Origin: Herbidospora yilanensis
GTDB lineage: Bacteria; Actinomycetota; Actinomycetes; Streptosporangiales; Streptosporangiaceae
DNA: 64,000 nt
Assembly: GCF_001570565.1 (NCBI RefSeq)
Contig: NZ_BBXE01000013.1
Coordinates: 264,984 to 328,983 of the forward strand
Direction: 5' to 3'
Shown here: piece by piece, positions 45,105 through 53,171 of the stretch
Position numbering within the stretch: the first letter of the stretch is position 1
How the letters are laid out: each line of letters starts with the position of its first letter
Program-made: the position numbers and the translations under genes
Notes under the pieces: generated by a model
What the model saw: only the letters and a program-made list of their open reading frames with translations
Told to the model about the DNA's origin: nothing
Database searches by the model: none

Positions 45105-45125
45105 CAGGCATATGGCAGATGCCTG
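45105..45125. promoter_or_regulatory. Inverted repeat in the divergent kinase/precursor intergenic region
   Basis: CAGGCAT-atggcag-ATGCCTG. The heptamer ATGGCAG recurs at 45154-45160. Confidence 0.3.
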
Positions 45126-45246
45126 ACAGATCCTTGCCGGCCGGTGTTCCCGAATGGCAGTCGGCCGGTGACGCGGGCGCGCAAATCCTCGTCATTTCGC
45201 CAGGACCGGCGGCCTAGTTTCCTTTGTTCCGAAGGAAGGAGATCTC

Positions 45247-45387
45247 ATGTCCAGCGAACTCATCGCGGGATACGCGAACTACGCCAGCACCGAATCGGTC
45301 CTGAGCGAGAACACGACCGCCGAGTGGTGGCCGATCACGTCGTACACCGTCACGCTCTCCACGACGACCACCTCGATCTGGATCTGA
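45247..45387 (+). CDS. RiPP precursor peptide 1 (46 aa)
   Basis: Manual translation: MSSELIAGYANYASTESVLSENTTAEWWPITSYTVTLSTTTTSIWI. The RBS GAAGGAAGGAG lies 6 nt upstream. Too short for the ORF track. Confidence 0.8.
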   Translation: MSSELIAGYANYASTESVLSENTTAEWWPITSYTVTLSTTTTSIWI

Positions 45388-45397
45388 GGGGCGCGCC

Positions 45398-45538
45398 GTG
45401 TCCGAGCTGATCGCGGGTTACGCCAATTACGCCAGCACCGAGGCGGTGCTCCAGGAACGTTCCGAGGCCGGCCGCTGGATCGAGTGGACCCTCTGGTTCA
45501 CCGTCACCATCTCCGTCACCCCCACCTCCTCCCTCTGA
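45398..45538 (+). CDS. RiPP precursor peptide 2 (46 aa)
   Basis: Translation from a GTG start: (M)SELIAGYANYASTEAVLQERSEAGRWIEWTLWFTVTISVTPTSSL. GAGGGG lies upstream. Confidence 0.75.
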   Translation: MSELIAGYANYASTEAVLQERSEAGRWIEWTLWFTVTISVTPTSSL

Positions 45539-45559
45539 ACCTGCTGAGAAAGGAAGACC

Positions 45560-45709
45560 ATGTCCGAGCTGATCGCCGGTTACGCCAACTACGCCTCCAC
45601 CGAGGCCATCCTCCAGGAGCGGCAGCTCGCCGCCCGTGAGCCCGAGACCGGCCTGTTCACGCTCACCATCACGATCTCGCTGACCATCACGGTCACGATC
45701 AGCCTCTGA
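45560..45709 (+). CDS. RiPP precursor peptide 3 (49 aa)
   Basis: MSELIAGYANYASTEAILQERQLAAREPETGLFTLTITISLTITVTISL. The RBS is AAAGGAAG. Confidence 0.8.
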   Translation: MSELIAGYANYASTEAILQERQLAAREPETGLFTLTITISLTITVTISL

Positions 45710-45722
45710 CCAGGAGGTCCCG

Positions 45723-45872
45723 ATGCACGAGCTCGTCGCCGGATACGCGAACTATGCCTCGGCCGAGGCGATCCTGCGGGAACAGGCCGCCGGGCGTGTT
45801 CTCGAAGCGGGTCTCTTCTTCTCGGTGACCTTCAGCTTCACCCACAGCAATTCCATCTCCTTCTCCATCTGA
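45723..45872 (+). CDS. RiPP precursor peptide 4 (49 aa)
   Basis: MHELVAGYANYASAEAILREQAAGRVLEAGLFFSVTFSFTHSNSISFSI. The RBS is CAGGAGG. Confidence 0.8.
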   Translation: MHELVAGYANYASAEAILREQAAGRVLEAGLFFSVTFSFTHSNSISFSI

Positions 45873-45890
45873 CCGAAAGGAAACGGGCGA

Positions 45891-46046
45891 ATGAACGACC
45901 TCATCGCCGGATACGCCAACTACGCCTCCACCGAGGCCATCCTGCACGAGCGGCAGATCGCGAGCCGCGACGCCGAATCGATCAGCGCGACCGTGACGGT
46001 CACCTGGACCCTCACCGTCTCCTGGTCCTACTCCTGGTCCTACTAG
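45891..46046 (+). CDS. RiPP precursor peptide 5 (51 aa)
   Basis: MNDLIAGYANYASTEAILHERQIASRDAESISATVTVTWTLTVSWSYSWSY. The RBS is AAAGGAAA. Its stop TAG overlaps the convergent regulator's stop (CTAG). Confidence 0.8.
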   Translation: MNDLIAGYANYASTEAILHERQIASRDAESISATVTVTWTLTVSWSYSWSY

Positions 46047-48934
46047 GAATCGCGCAGCACCGCGGCGTGGTCCCCCAGCGCCCCCCGGTTGGAAAGCCCG
46101 GTCTTGGCCAGCAGGCTGGCCACGTGCTTCTCCACCGTCCGCGGTGAGATGAAAAGTCGTCGGCCGATCTCGACGTTGCCGAGCCGTTCGGCGAGCAACA
46201 TCAGAACCTGGTGCTCGCGCACGGTCACGCCGAGGTTGCGCAGTTCGCCGGGCACCCCCTCCCGCCCGGGCCGACGGTACGACACCGCCGCCCCCGCCTG
46301 GCGCAGCAACGTGCGGCAGGCCGCCGTCACCGCCGTCACGCCCGCCTCGTGGAAGTGGTCCTCGGCCGCCCGCAACCACACCACCGGCTCGCCCCATCCG
46401 TCGGCCAGCGCGGCCTCCGCGACCAGCCGCGCCCCCAGGTGCGCCGCCTGCGGGAACGGCTCCCCGGCCGCCCGCGCCTCCGCCATCGTCCGCCCGGCCG
46501 CCGCGTGCTCGCCCCGCCCGCCCAGCAACACCGCGCGGGCGAGCAGCAGGAAGTGCCGGTTCCACCGCAGTTCGGCGGCCGGCTGGGCGTGCACGGCCGC
46601 CCAGTCGTCGAGGGTGAGCTCGCCGGCGAGCGCGCCCAGCAGCACGGCCAGGCCGTAGCGGCCCGTCATGTAGTAGAGCGTGGGATGTTCGTCCTCCCAC
46701 GCGCGTGCCCTGGCGAGCAACTCCGCCGCCTGGTCGCGGTCCTCCTCCAGCAGGGCGCAGAACGCCTGGCAGAGGCCGTACACGACCGGGGTGTGCAGGC
46801 TCTGCTCACCGCCCCACCTGCGGAAATCGGCCAGGGCGTGCTCCATGGCCTCGCGCCGCCCCTGGTGGGCGGCCAGTGTCGCCTGCGCCATCAGCAGATA
46901 CTGGGTGTAGGCCGTGTGCCCCAGCCGGATCGTGGTCTCGACGCACGCGGCGGCGGTCTCGGCGGCGCTCTTGTACTCCGCCCGCAGCACCCGCGTCATC
47001 ACCAGGGACGCCTCCGCGCTGTGCACCAGGCTGATCGCGCCCGCCTGGGTGGCCGCCCGCAGCACCTCCTCAAGCGGATCGCTCTCCCCGGTACGCATGT
47101 TGTGGTTGGCCGCCAGCCGGTACATCGCCCGCAACCGCCACAGGCTCAGCCCGTGCACCTCGGCGATGGCCTTCATCCGGGTCAGGCACCGGTCGGGCTC
47201 GCCGAACCCGTGCACCCTGGTCAGCATGGCCAGCCGCTCCCACGCCTGGCAGGCCACCTCGGGCAGCGGCAGCCGCTCGGCCACCTCGGCGGCGCGTCGC
47301 GACAGCGCCTCGGCGGCGGCCATCTCGGCCGGCCCGGCTTCGTTGACGCCGTGGTCGGGGAACAACAACTGCGCCTCGATCACGTCGATCGCGGCGCCGC
47401 GCGCCTCGTCGGGCAGGCTCTCCAGCGACCGCCGCACGGCCGCCACGTGGGCGCGCCCGGCGGGCAACTCGCCGATCTCGGCGGCCACCCACGCCAGCTT
47501 GGTGCGCAGGTCGACCTCCTGCCACAGCCCCATCGACAGGTCGTCGGACGCGCACTCCCTGGCCAGCTCCAGCGCCCGGTCGGCCCGGCCGCCCTCGGTC
47601 AGCGCGTGCAGCAACCGCTGGAGCGTGTGGGCCCGCGCCGGGGCGGGGCCGCCCTCCTGGAGCCGGTCGGCCCGTTCGAGCAGGGTCGCCGCGACGTCGG
47701 CGGCGCCGCCGTTCAGGTAACGTTCGCCCGCCTCGGCCAGCAACGCCCCGGCCGTGTGGACCTCACCGGCCGTCAGCCGCAGGCTCGCGGCGATCTGGAG
47801 CCACTCGTCCGGGAGCCCCGGATACAGGCGTTCGACCGACCGGGCCGCCTGGCGGGCCAGCCGGGCCCGCTCCGCCGGGATCAGCTCCGCCGACAACGCC
47901 TCGGCGGTCAGGGCGTGGCGGAAGGCGTACCATTCCCCGGCCGGTTCGTCGGGCACGACGAGCCGCGCCGTGGTGGCCGCCCGCAGGATCGCCTCGACCC
48001 CCCGGTCGTCGAGGCCGGAGACGTCCTGGATGACCGGCACCGGGAAGCGGTTCCCGAACACCGCCCCGGTCAGCAGCAGCTCGTGCGCCGCCGGCACGAG
48101 CGTCGCCATGCGCGCCGCGATCCCGCGCGCCGCCGAGTTCGGCCCCCGCGCGCCCGGGTCGTCTTTCAGGGCGTCGACGAACTCCTCGACCAAATACGGC
48201 ACGCCGTCCGTCTCGGCCACGAGGCGGTCCATCACTCCGTCCGGCAGCACGTCCGGCAACTCGTCCGGCCGTGCCAGGCAGGCCGCGACGAGCCGGCGGG
48301 TCTCGTCGGGCGACAGCGGCGGCAACTCGACGACCTCCGCCACCTGGCGGCGGGCGCAGTCGTCGGCCACGGTCCGCGCCGGGCCGGCGTGCCCGCGCAG
48401 GTTCACCAGGAGCAACGCCGGCACGTCGGCGAGGTTGTCGGCCAGGTATTCGACCACGCCCAGCGTGCCCGCGTCGGCGTCGTGCAGGTCCTCCAGCACC
48501 AGCACGCCGCCGCGCGACTCCCGTCCGAGAACGGTCAGGAGCCGCAACACGGCCTCGGCGAGGATGACCGCCGACTCCAGCCGCCGCGCGCCCCCCTCCT
48601 CCCGCCACTCGGGCACCAGCGTCGTCAACGCAGGGAGATAGGGCCGCAACAGCGGATCGTCGGGCGGCCTGCGCGACCGGGCGAGCGAGAACAACGCCTC
48701 GCTCAGCGGCTTGAACGGGATGTCCGCGCTGACCGCGCTACCCCGCCCGCGCAGGCTCACCAGCCCCAGGTCACCGGCCCGCCGGAGCACCTCCGACGTC
48801 AACCGGGACTTCCCGATGCCGGGATCGCCGACCAGGAAGACGGTCTTCCCGCGACCGTCCCCGACCTGCTCCAGACACCTGTCGAACAGCGCTTTCTCGG
48901 GTTCCCGCCCGATCAGGACCGGCGACCTGGACAC
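46043..48934 (-). CDS. LAL-type regulator (large ATP-binding LuxR family: AAA/P-loop + TPR-like + LuxR HTH)
   Basis: Walker A is LVGDPGIGKSRL. The C-terminal HTH is VTVREHQVLMLLAERLGNVEIGRRLFISPRTVEKHVASLLAKTG. I prefer GTG 48934 (VSRSPVLIGREPE), 1 nt after the upstream small-ORF stop. The track's ATG 48979 is the alternative. Confidence 0.85.
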   Translation of the reverse strand: MSRSPVLIGREPEKALFDRCLEQVGDGRGKTVFLVGDPGIGKSRLTSEVLRRAGDLGLVSLRGRGSAVSADIPFKPLSEALFSLARSRRPPDDPLLRPYLPALTTLVPEWREEGGARRLESAVILAEAVLRLLTVLGRESRGGVLVLEDLHDADAGTLGVVEYLADNLADVPALLLVNLRGHAGPARTVADDCARRQVAEVVELPPLSPDETRRLVAACLARPDELPDVLPDGVMDRLVAETDGVPYLVEEFVDALKDDPGARGPNSAARGIAARMATLVPAAHELLLTGAVFGNRFPVPVIQDVSGLDDRGVEAILRAATTARLVVPDEPAGEWYAFRHALTAEALSAELIPAERARLARQAARSVERLYPGLPDEWLQIAASLRLTAGEVHTAGALLAEAGERYLNGGAADVAATLLERADRLQEGGPAPARAHTLQRLLHALTEGGRADRALELARECASDDLSMGLWQEVDLRTKLAWVAAEIGELPAGRAHVAAVRRSLESLPDEARGAAIDVIEAQLLFPDHGVNEAGPAEMAAAEALSRRAAEVAERLPLPEVACQAWERLAMLTRVHGFGEPDRCLTRMKAIAEVHGLSLWRLRAMYRLAANHNMRTGESDPLEEVLRAATQAGAISLVHSAEASLVMTRVLRAEYKSAAETAAACVETTIRLGHTAYTQYLLMAQATLAAHQGRREAMEHALADFRRWGGEQSLHTPVVYGLCQAFCALLEEDRDQAAELLARARAWEDEHPTLYYMTGRYGLAVLLGALAGELTLDDWAAVHAQPAAELRWNRHFLLLARAVLLGGRGEHAAAGRTMAEARAAGEPFPQAAHLGARLVAEAALADGWGEPVVWLRAAEDHFHEAGVTAVTAACRTLLRQAGAAVSYRRPGREGVPGELRNLGVTVREHQVLMLLAERLGNVEIGRRLFISPRTVEKHVASLLAKTGLSNRGALGDHAAVLRDS

Positions 48935-48935
48935 G

Positions 48936-49136
48936 TTACTTGTGCGACACCGAGACGGGGTTGACGGGGTCGCCCTCAAGTCCGAGCGCGATGGTCGCGC
49001 CCGCGGCGGTGTCGGGCGACTTAAGGATCAGGGTCGCGCCCGCGGTCAGCCCCGCCAGCACGAGCGCCCGGGTGAGCGGCCTGATGTTGGCCAGCCGCGC
49101 GCCGGCCGCGAGCACCGGATTCTGCTCAGTGTTCAT
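48936..49136 (-). CDS. Small (66 aa) protein with one hydrophobic segment, unknown function
   Basis: MNTEQNPVLAAGARLANIRPLTRALVLAGLTAGATLILKSPDTAAGATIALGLEGDPVNPVSVSHK. Its ATG overlaps the LanM-like stop (ATGA). Its stop lies 1 nt from the LAL GTG. Confidence 0.5.
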   Translation of the reverse strand: MNTEQNPVLAAGARLANIRPLTRALVLAGLTAGATLILKSPDTAAGATIALGLEGDPVNPVSVSHK

Positions 49137-51634
49137 CTGTTCTTCGTCGCCTCTCGAAAGGGGTGCAGCAACAGCACCGATGGAATCTGTCCGGGCGCGG
49201 CCAGCCGCAGCAGACCGTGCCCGATCCCGGCCAGCCCGAGGAGCAGGCCGGGTGTGGAGACGTGGCCGGGAGTGGCGCATCGTGCTCCGTGGCGGCGCAG
49301 GGACGCGAGCACCGAAGGGCCCTCACGTTCCTGGAGTTCGGGCACTCCGAGCCTGCCCACACGTCCGTGGCACAGGCTGTCGTCGGGCAGGAGCACGCTG
49401 GGCGGGGCCGTCCGGCGGGTCAGCAGCCCGCCGCACCAGGTGTGGCCCTCGACCGGGCCGATCGGGACGTCGAGCCCGTACCGGCCGAGCGCCCAGGCGA
49501 TGCCGGCCCGTCCGAACGCGAAGCCGTCGGGCAGATCCGGCGGCAGGTCCCGGCCGGTCAGCAGGTCGGCGCAGGCCGCCGCGACCGTCTCCGCCCCGAT
49601 GGCGAGCATCGCCGCCAGGCACCCGGCCAGCCCGTCGTGCACGTCGAGGGCGCTGCGCTCGGAGATCGTCGCCTCGGCCAGCTCGACCGCCCGGCCGGAC
49701 CACGCGAGCACCTCCGCGTCGCCGAGCAGGTGCCCGATCTGGGCCAGGCCGTAGGCCATGCCGCCCAGCCCGCCGAACCCGCCGCACCCCACGATCTCGG
49801 CCAGCAGCGGTTCGGCGGCCAGGGCGTCCAGCAGCGCGGGCGACGGGGAGAGGGCCTGCCGCGCGGTCTCCAGGAAGTCGCCGCGCCCGGTGACCGTGCC
49901 GGCCTGGGCCAGGAACAGCGCCACGCCGAGATAGCCGGAGGCCAGACCGCCGCCCAGGGGCATGACGGCGAGGCCGCCCTCGTCGTCGGCCTCCAGCCCC
50001 AGCCAGTTGACGGCCGCGCCCCGGCGGTGCGCGCTCGCGAGCAGTTCATCGGCGATCTTGACGGCCGCCGCCAGATAATCTCCGGTCTCGGCTTCGGACG
50101 GCTGATCGGGGCGTGGCGGATCGCCATCGACCCCCTTCGGGTCATGGCTTGGGGCCCCCGCCCGCGTTGCCAGTGACGCGCGAATGATCCACTCCTGCTT
50201 GCCCCGGTCGGCAGGCCCCAGCCCCGTCAGCTTCTCGCCCACCGATTCACGGCCCGTGCGGGCCAACTTCCACGGCACCCCGATGCCGTCCCCAGCGTAG
50301 ATCGTAAGGGAATCCGGCGATGTCCAGAAATAGGGGACATCGCATGAATTTATGCCCTCTGCCTCGAACGGCGCCGCCGCCCGCTGGAGGGCATCGTGCC
50401 CCGACAGCTCCATGAGCAGGGAAAGTGCGCGCTTACCTGAGTCGTCAAGGGCGGATTCCCATAACAGCTCGGAATAGATTCGGGTGGGCCGCAGAAGCAG
50501 TCGCACCCGCATGGGCCCGAACCGGGGGAACAACAACCGGTCCAGGTCGTGCCGCCCCTCCGCGATGGCGTCATAGGCCGCGCGAAAGCCACCGACCAGG
50601 TCGTCCACGTACGCGGCGGGGTCGGCAGGCCGCCCGTCGAGCCGGGGACGATTGGCGGCCCCCGCGAACGGACGCGGCCCGCGCACCGGCCGCATCAGAT
50701 CGGTGTCGCGGTCCTCCCACACGATCCCCGAATAGGCGTGCACCCCTGGGTCGCCGCCCAGCGCCGAGACGTCCTGGACCGCCTGGTCGCCGATCAGCAA
50801 CCTGGGCAGAATCGCGGTCCGGTCGACCGAACGCACGAGCGCGTCGTGGGCCGGATCGGCCGCGTCCGCGCTCAGCACAGGGTGGAACAGCGTCTCGGCG
50901 TCGACGACGACGGGCTGGTCGCCGGCCGCGACGACGTTCTCGAAATGGAGGTCGATCGTGTCCAGCGCGTGCGCCAGCGCGAGCAGCGCCCCCATCCGGC
51001 GATGGAACCGCGCCACCTCCGCCGCGGACGCGCAGGGCCGCGCCTCGGCGAACTCGACCCAGCCGTGCTCCTCACGGGCGACGACCCGGAGCGTACGCAG
51101 CCCGAGGCCGGGCACCCGGCCGTTCAGCCAGCCGATCGCGGCGTTCAGGCACAGATGCGCCTCGACCGGTCGCGGCCGGTAGACGACCCGGGCCCCCGAG
51201 GCGAACCGCACCACCGAGACCGACCGGCCACCGGAATGCGGATCACCGGCGGCCGAGAACGCCACCGGCCCTCCCGCTTCTCCCGGCATCAGGCCGCGCA
51301 CGGCCCTCTCGTCCCGCCGGAACCGGTCCAGCAACTCCATCGCGTGGCGTAACGCCAGGTCGGCCAGGTCGGCCACGGCCGGGTCCGGCTCACGCGCGGC
51401 CCGCCGGGCGAAGCCGGCGTACCTCTCCTCCGGCGTCGCCCCCGGCAACTCGCCCCGATCTCCGGCCTCGGCCAGCCGTACGGCCAGCGCCGGCGCGGCC
51501 CGCTCCGACAACCGGCCCACGAGATCCGCCGCGAAGGCCTCGGCGAACGCGGCCGCTCCGGGATACGCGGCCACCAGCCGGTCGGCGGCACGGCGGGCGA
51601 CGGGTTCGACGACGGCGGAGAAAGGGTGCGTCAC
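49133..51634 (-). CDS. Class II lanthipeptide synthetase-like protein (LanM: DUF4135 dehydratase + LanC-like cyclase), 833 aa
   Basis: The dehydratase/kinase-like motif is IDLHFENVVAAGDQPVVVDAETLF. LanC-like motifs are GLASGYLGVALFL, DVHDGLAG, GHTWCGG and SLCHGRVG. GTG start. Confidence 0.8.
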   Translation of the reverse strand: MTHPFSAVVEPVARRAADRLVAAYPGAAAFAEAFAADLVGRLSERAAPALAVRLAEAGDRGELPGATPEERYAGFARRAAREPDPAVADLADLALRHAMELLDRFRRDERAVRGLMPGEAGGPVAFSAAGDPHSGGRSVSVVRFASGARVVYRPRPVEAHLCLNAAIGWLNGRVPGLGLRTLRVVAREEHGWVEFAEARPCASAAEVARFHRRMGALLALAHALDTIDLHFENVVAAGDQPVVVDAETLFHPVLSADAADPAHDALVRSVDRTAILPRLLIGDQAVQDVSALGGDPGVHAYSGIVWEDRDTDLMRPVRGPRPFAGAANRPRLDGRPADPAAYVDDLVGGFRAAYDAIAEGRHDLDRLLFPRFGPMRVRLLLRPTRIYSELLWESALDDSGKRALSLLMELSGHDALQRAAAPFEAEGINSCDVPYFWTSPDSLTIYAGDGIGVPWKLARTGRESVGEKLTGLGPADRGKQEWIIRASLATRAGAPSHDPKGVDGDPPRPDQPSEAETGDYLAAAVKIADELLASAHRRGAAVNWLGLEADDEGGLAVMPLGGGLASGYLGVALFLAQAGTVTGRGDFLETARQALSPSPALLDALAAEPLLAEIVGCGGFGGLGGMAYGLAQIGHLLGDAEVLAWSGRAVELAEATISERSALDVHDGLAGCLAAMLAIGAETVAAACADLLTGRDLPPDLPDGFAFGRAGIAWALGRYGLDVPIGPVEGHTWCGGLLTRRTAPPSVLLPDDSLCHGRVGRLGVPELQEREGPSVLASLRRHGARCATPGHVSTPGLLLGLAGIGHGLLRLAAPGQIPSVLLLHPFREATKNR

Positions 51635-51694
51635 GCCCGCGATTATGTCGACCTGAAGTCCCGGAATGTCCCGGTCGTGCCCGGGAACCCGGGT

Positions 51695-52126
51695 TCACTT
51701 CCGGGGAGTCTCCTTGGGACCGGTGATGGGCACCCGCGTGGCCGACTCCTTCTTGGTCTCGCCCAGCTTGACGGTGACCTCCAGGATCCCCTTGTCGTAG
51801 ACGGCGGTGACCTCTTCCTCCATCGCCGTCGGCGGCAGCGCCACGGAGCGGGTCAGGCTGCCGTACCTGAACTCGCTGTGCTCCGCGTCCGACTCCTCGC
51901 GGTGCCGTTCGGCGTGTACGGTCAGAATCCCGTCGGCCACCGTGACCTCGACGTCCTTCTCCGGGTCGACGCCGGGCAGTTCGGCCCGCAGGACGTATTC
52001 GCCGTCCCGCATGACGTCCTCGAACCGTACGGGCTGCTGCATCGCCCGCAAGCCCAGGAACGGGTTCTCGAACAGATCGAAGATGTCGGGCAGCAGTGCC
52101 TTCTCCCGGCGCATGAGCGTGCTCAT
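51695..52126 (-). CDS. Hsp20/alpha-crystallin small heat-shock protein
   Basis: DGEYVLRAELPGVDPEKDVEVTVADGILTVHAER...GILEVTV. Confidence 0.9.
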   Translation of the reverse strand: MSTLMRREKALLPDIFDLFENPFLGLRAMQQPVRFEDVMRDGEYVLRAELPGVDPEKDVEVTVADGILTVHAERHREESDAEHSEFRYGSLTRSVALPPTAMEEEVTAVYDKGILEVTVKLGETKKESATRVPITGPKETPRK

Positions 52127-52307
52127 GGCCCACCTCCACGCTTTGCGCGTCGATTGCCGCGGGCGTATCGCCCGCTACCCCTCCAGCCTGCGGAAACACC
52201 CGTCCAGGCGGTAGGGCCTTTGGTCCCGGCGACAGGTGACGAGGGGCGACCCCCCCAGCCTTTGAGGTGGATTCACCGTCCGGACAGGGGCGATCTACAG
52301 TGGGCGG

Positions 52308-53171
52308 ATGGGCATGGTGAAGACGGTCGGGCTGGTCCTGCATCCGCGCCGCGACTCCAAAGAGGCCATCGACACGATCATCGAATGGGCTCGCGGACGC
52401 GGCGTGACGGTGCTCGGGCTGCCCGAGGAGGTCGGGCGGATCGACTGCAGCGCCCTGCCCGTCGGCCCCGCCGAACTGGCCGCGCGGTCCGACCTGATGG
52501 TCAGCCTCGGCGGCGACGGGACCATGCTCCGGACGATGCGGCTGATCGCCGGCCTGCCGACGCCGGTGCTCGGGGTCAACCTGGGCAAACTGGGCTTCCT
52601 CGCCGAGATCGACGTCGAGGAGCTGCCCCCGGCGCTGACGGCCATCGACGCCCACGAACACTTCGTCGAGGCGCGCATGGCCGTCCGGACGCTGCTGCCC
52701 GACCACGGCGAGGTGCTGGCGTTCAACGACATCGCCCTGGTCCGGCACCCCGGCGACGGGATGGCGGCCGTGGCGGTCTCGGTGGCGGGCCATCCGTTCG
52801 TACGGCTGGCGGCCGACGCGGTGATCGTGGCGACCTCGACCGGGTCGACGGCCTACAGCTTCTCGGCCGGGGGGCCGATCGTCTCGCCCAACGTCGAGGG
52901 GTTCCTCGTGGTGCCGGCGGCGGCACACTCGACGTTCAACCGGGCACTGGTGTTGTCGGCCGACGAGGAGGTGACGCTGGAGGTGCTGCCGACCAGCGGG
53001 CACATCGCGGTCGAGGTCGACGGGACGATCGCCGGGCACCTGTCTCCCGGGCACCGGATCACCGTGACGGCGGTCCGGGCGGCGGCCCGGGTGGTGCGGT
53101 TCGGGGCGACCTCCTTCTACGAGCGGGCCCGGCGGAAACTGCGCGTCAACGGGAGCGCCGAGGTCGACTAG
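52308..53171 (+). CDS. nadK: NAD(+) kinase
   Basis: DLMVSLGGDGTMLR is the GGDG motif. Also NDIALV and TGSTAYSFSAGGPIV. Confidence 0.9.
   Translation: MGMVKTVGLVLHPRRDSKEAIDTIIEWARGRGVTVLGLPEEVGRIDCSALPVGPAELAARSDLMVSLGGDGTMLRTMRLIAGLPTPVLGVNLGKLGFLAEIDVEELPPALTAIDAHEHFVEARMAVRTLLPDHGEVLAFNDIALVRHPGDGMAAVAVSVAGHPFVRLAADAVIVATSTGSTAYSFSAGGPIVSPNVEGFLVVPAAAHSTFNRALVLSADEEVTLEVLPTSGHIAVEVDGTIAGHLSPGHRITVTAVRAAARVVRFGATSFYERARRKLRVNGSAEVD

Noticed and set aside
45026-45217. 63-aa plus-strand track ORF in the kinase/precursor intergenic region as a candidate sixth precursor
   Set aside because: It has no Shine-Dalgarno sequence and no similarity to the shared ELIAGYANYAS leader, it is Pro/Ala/Gly-rich, and it overlaps the kinase 5' end in antisense.
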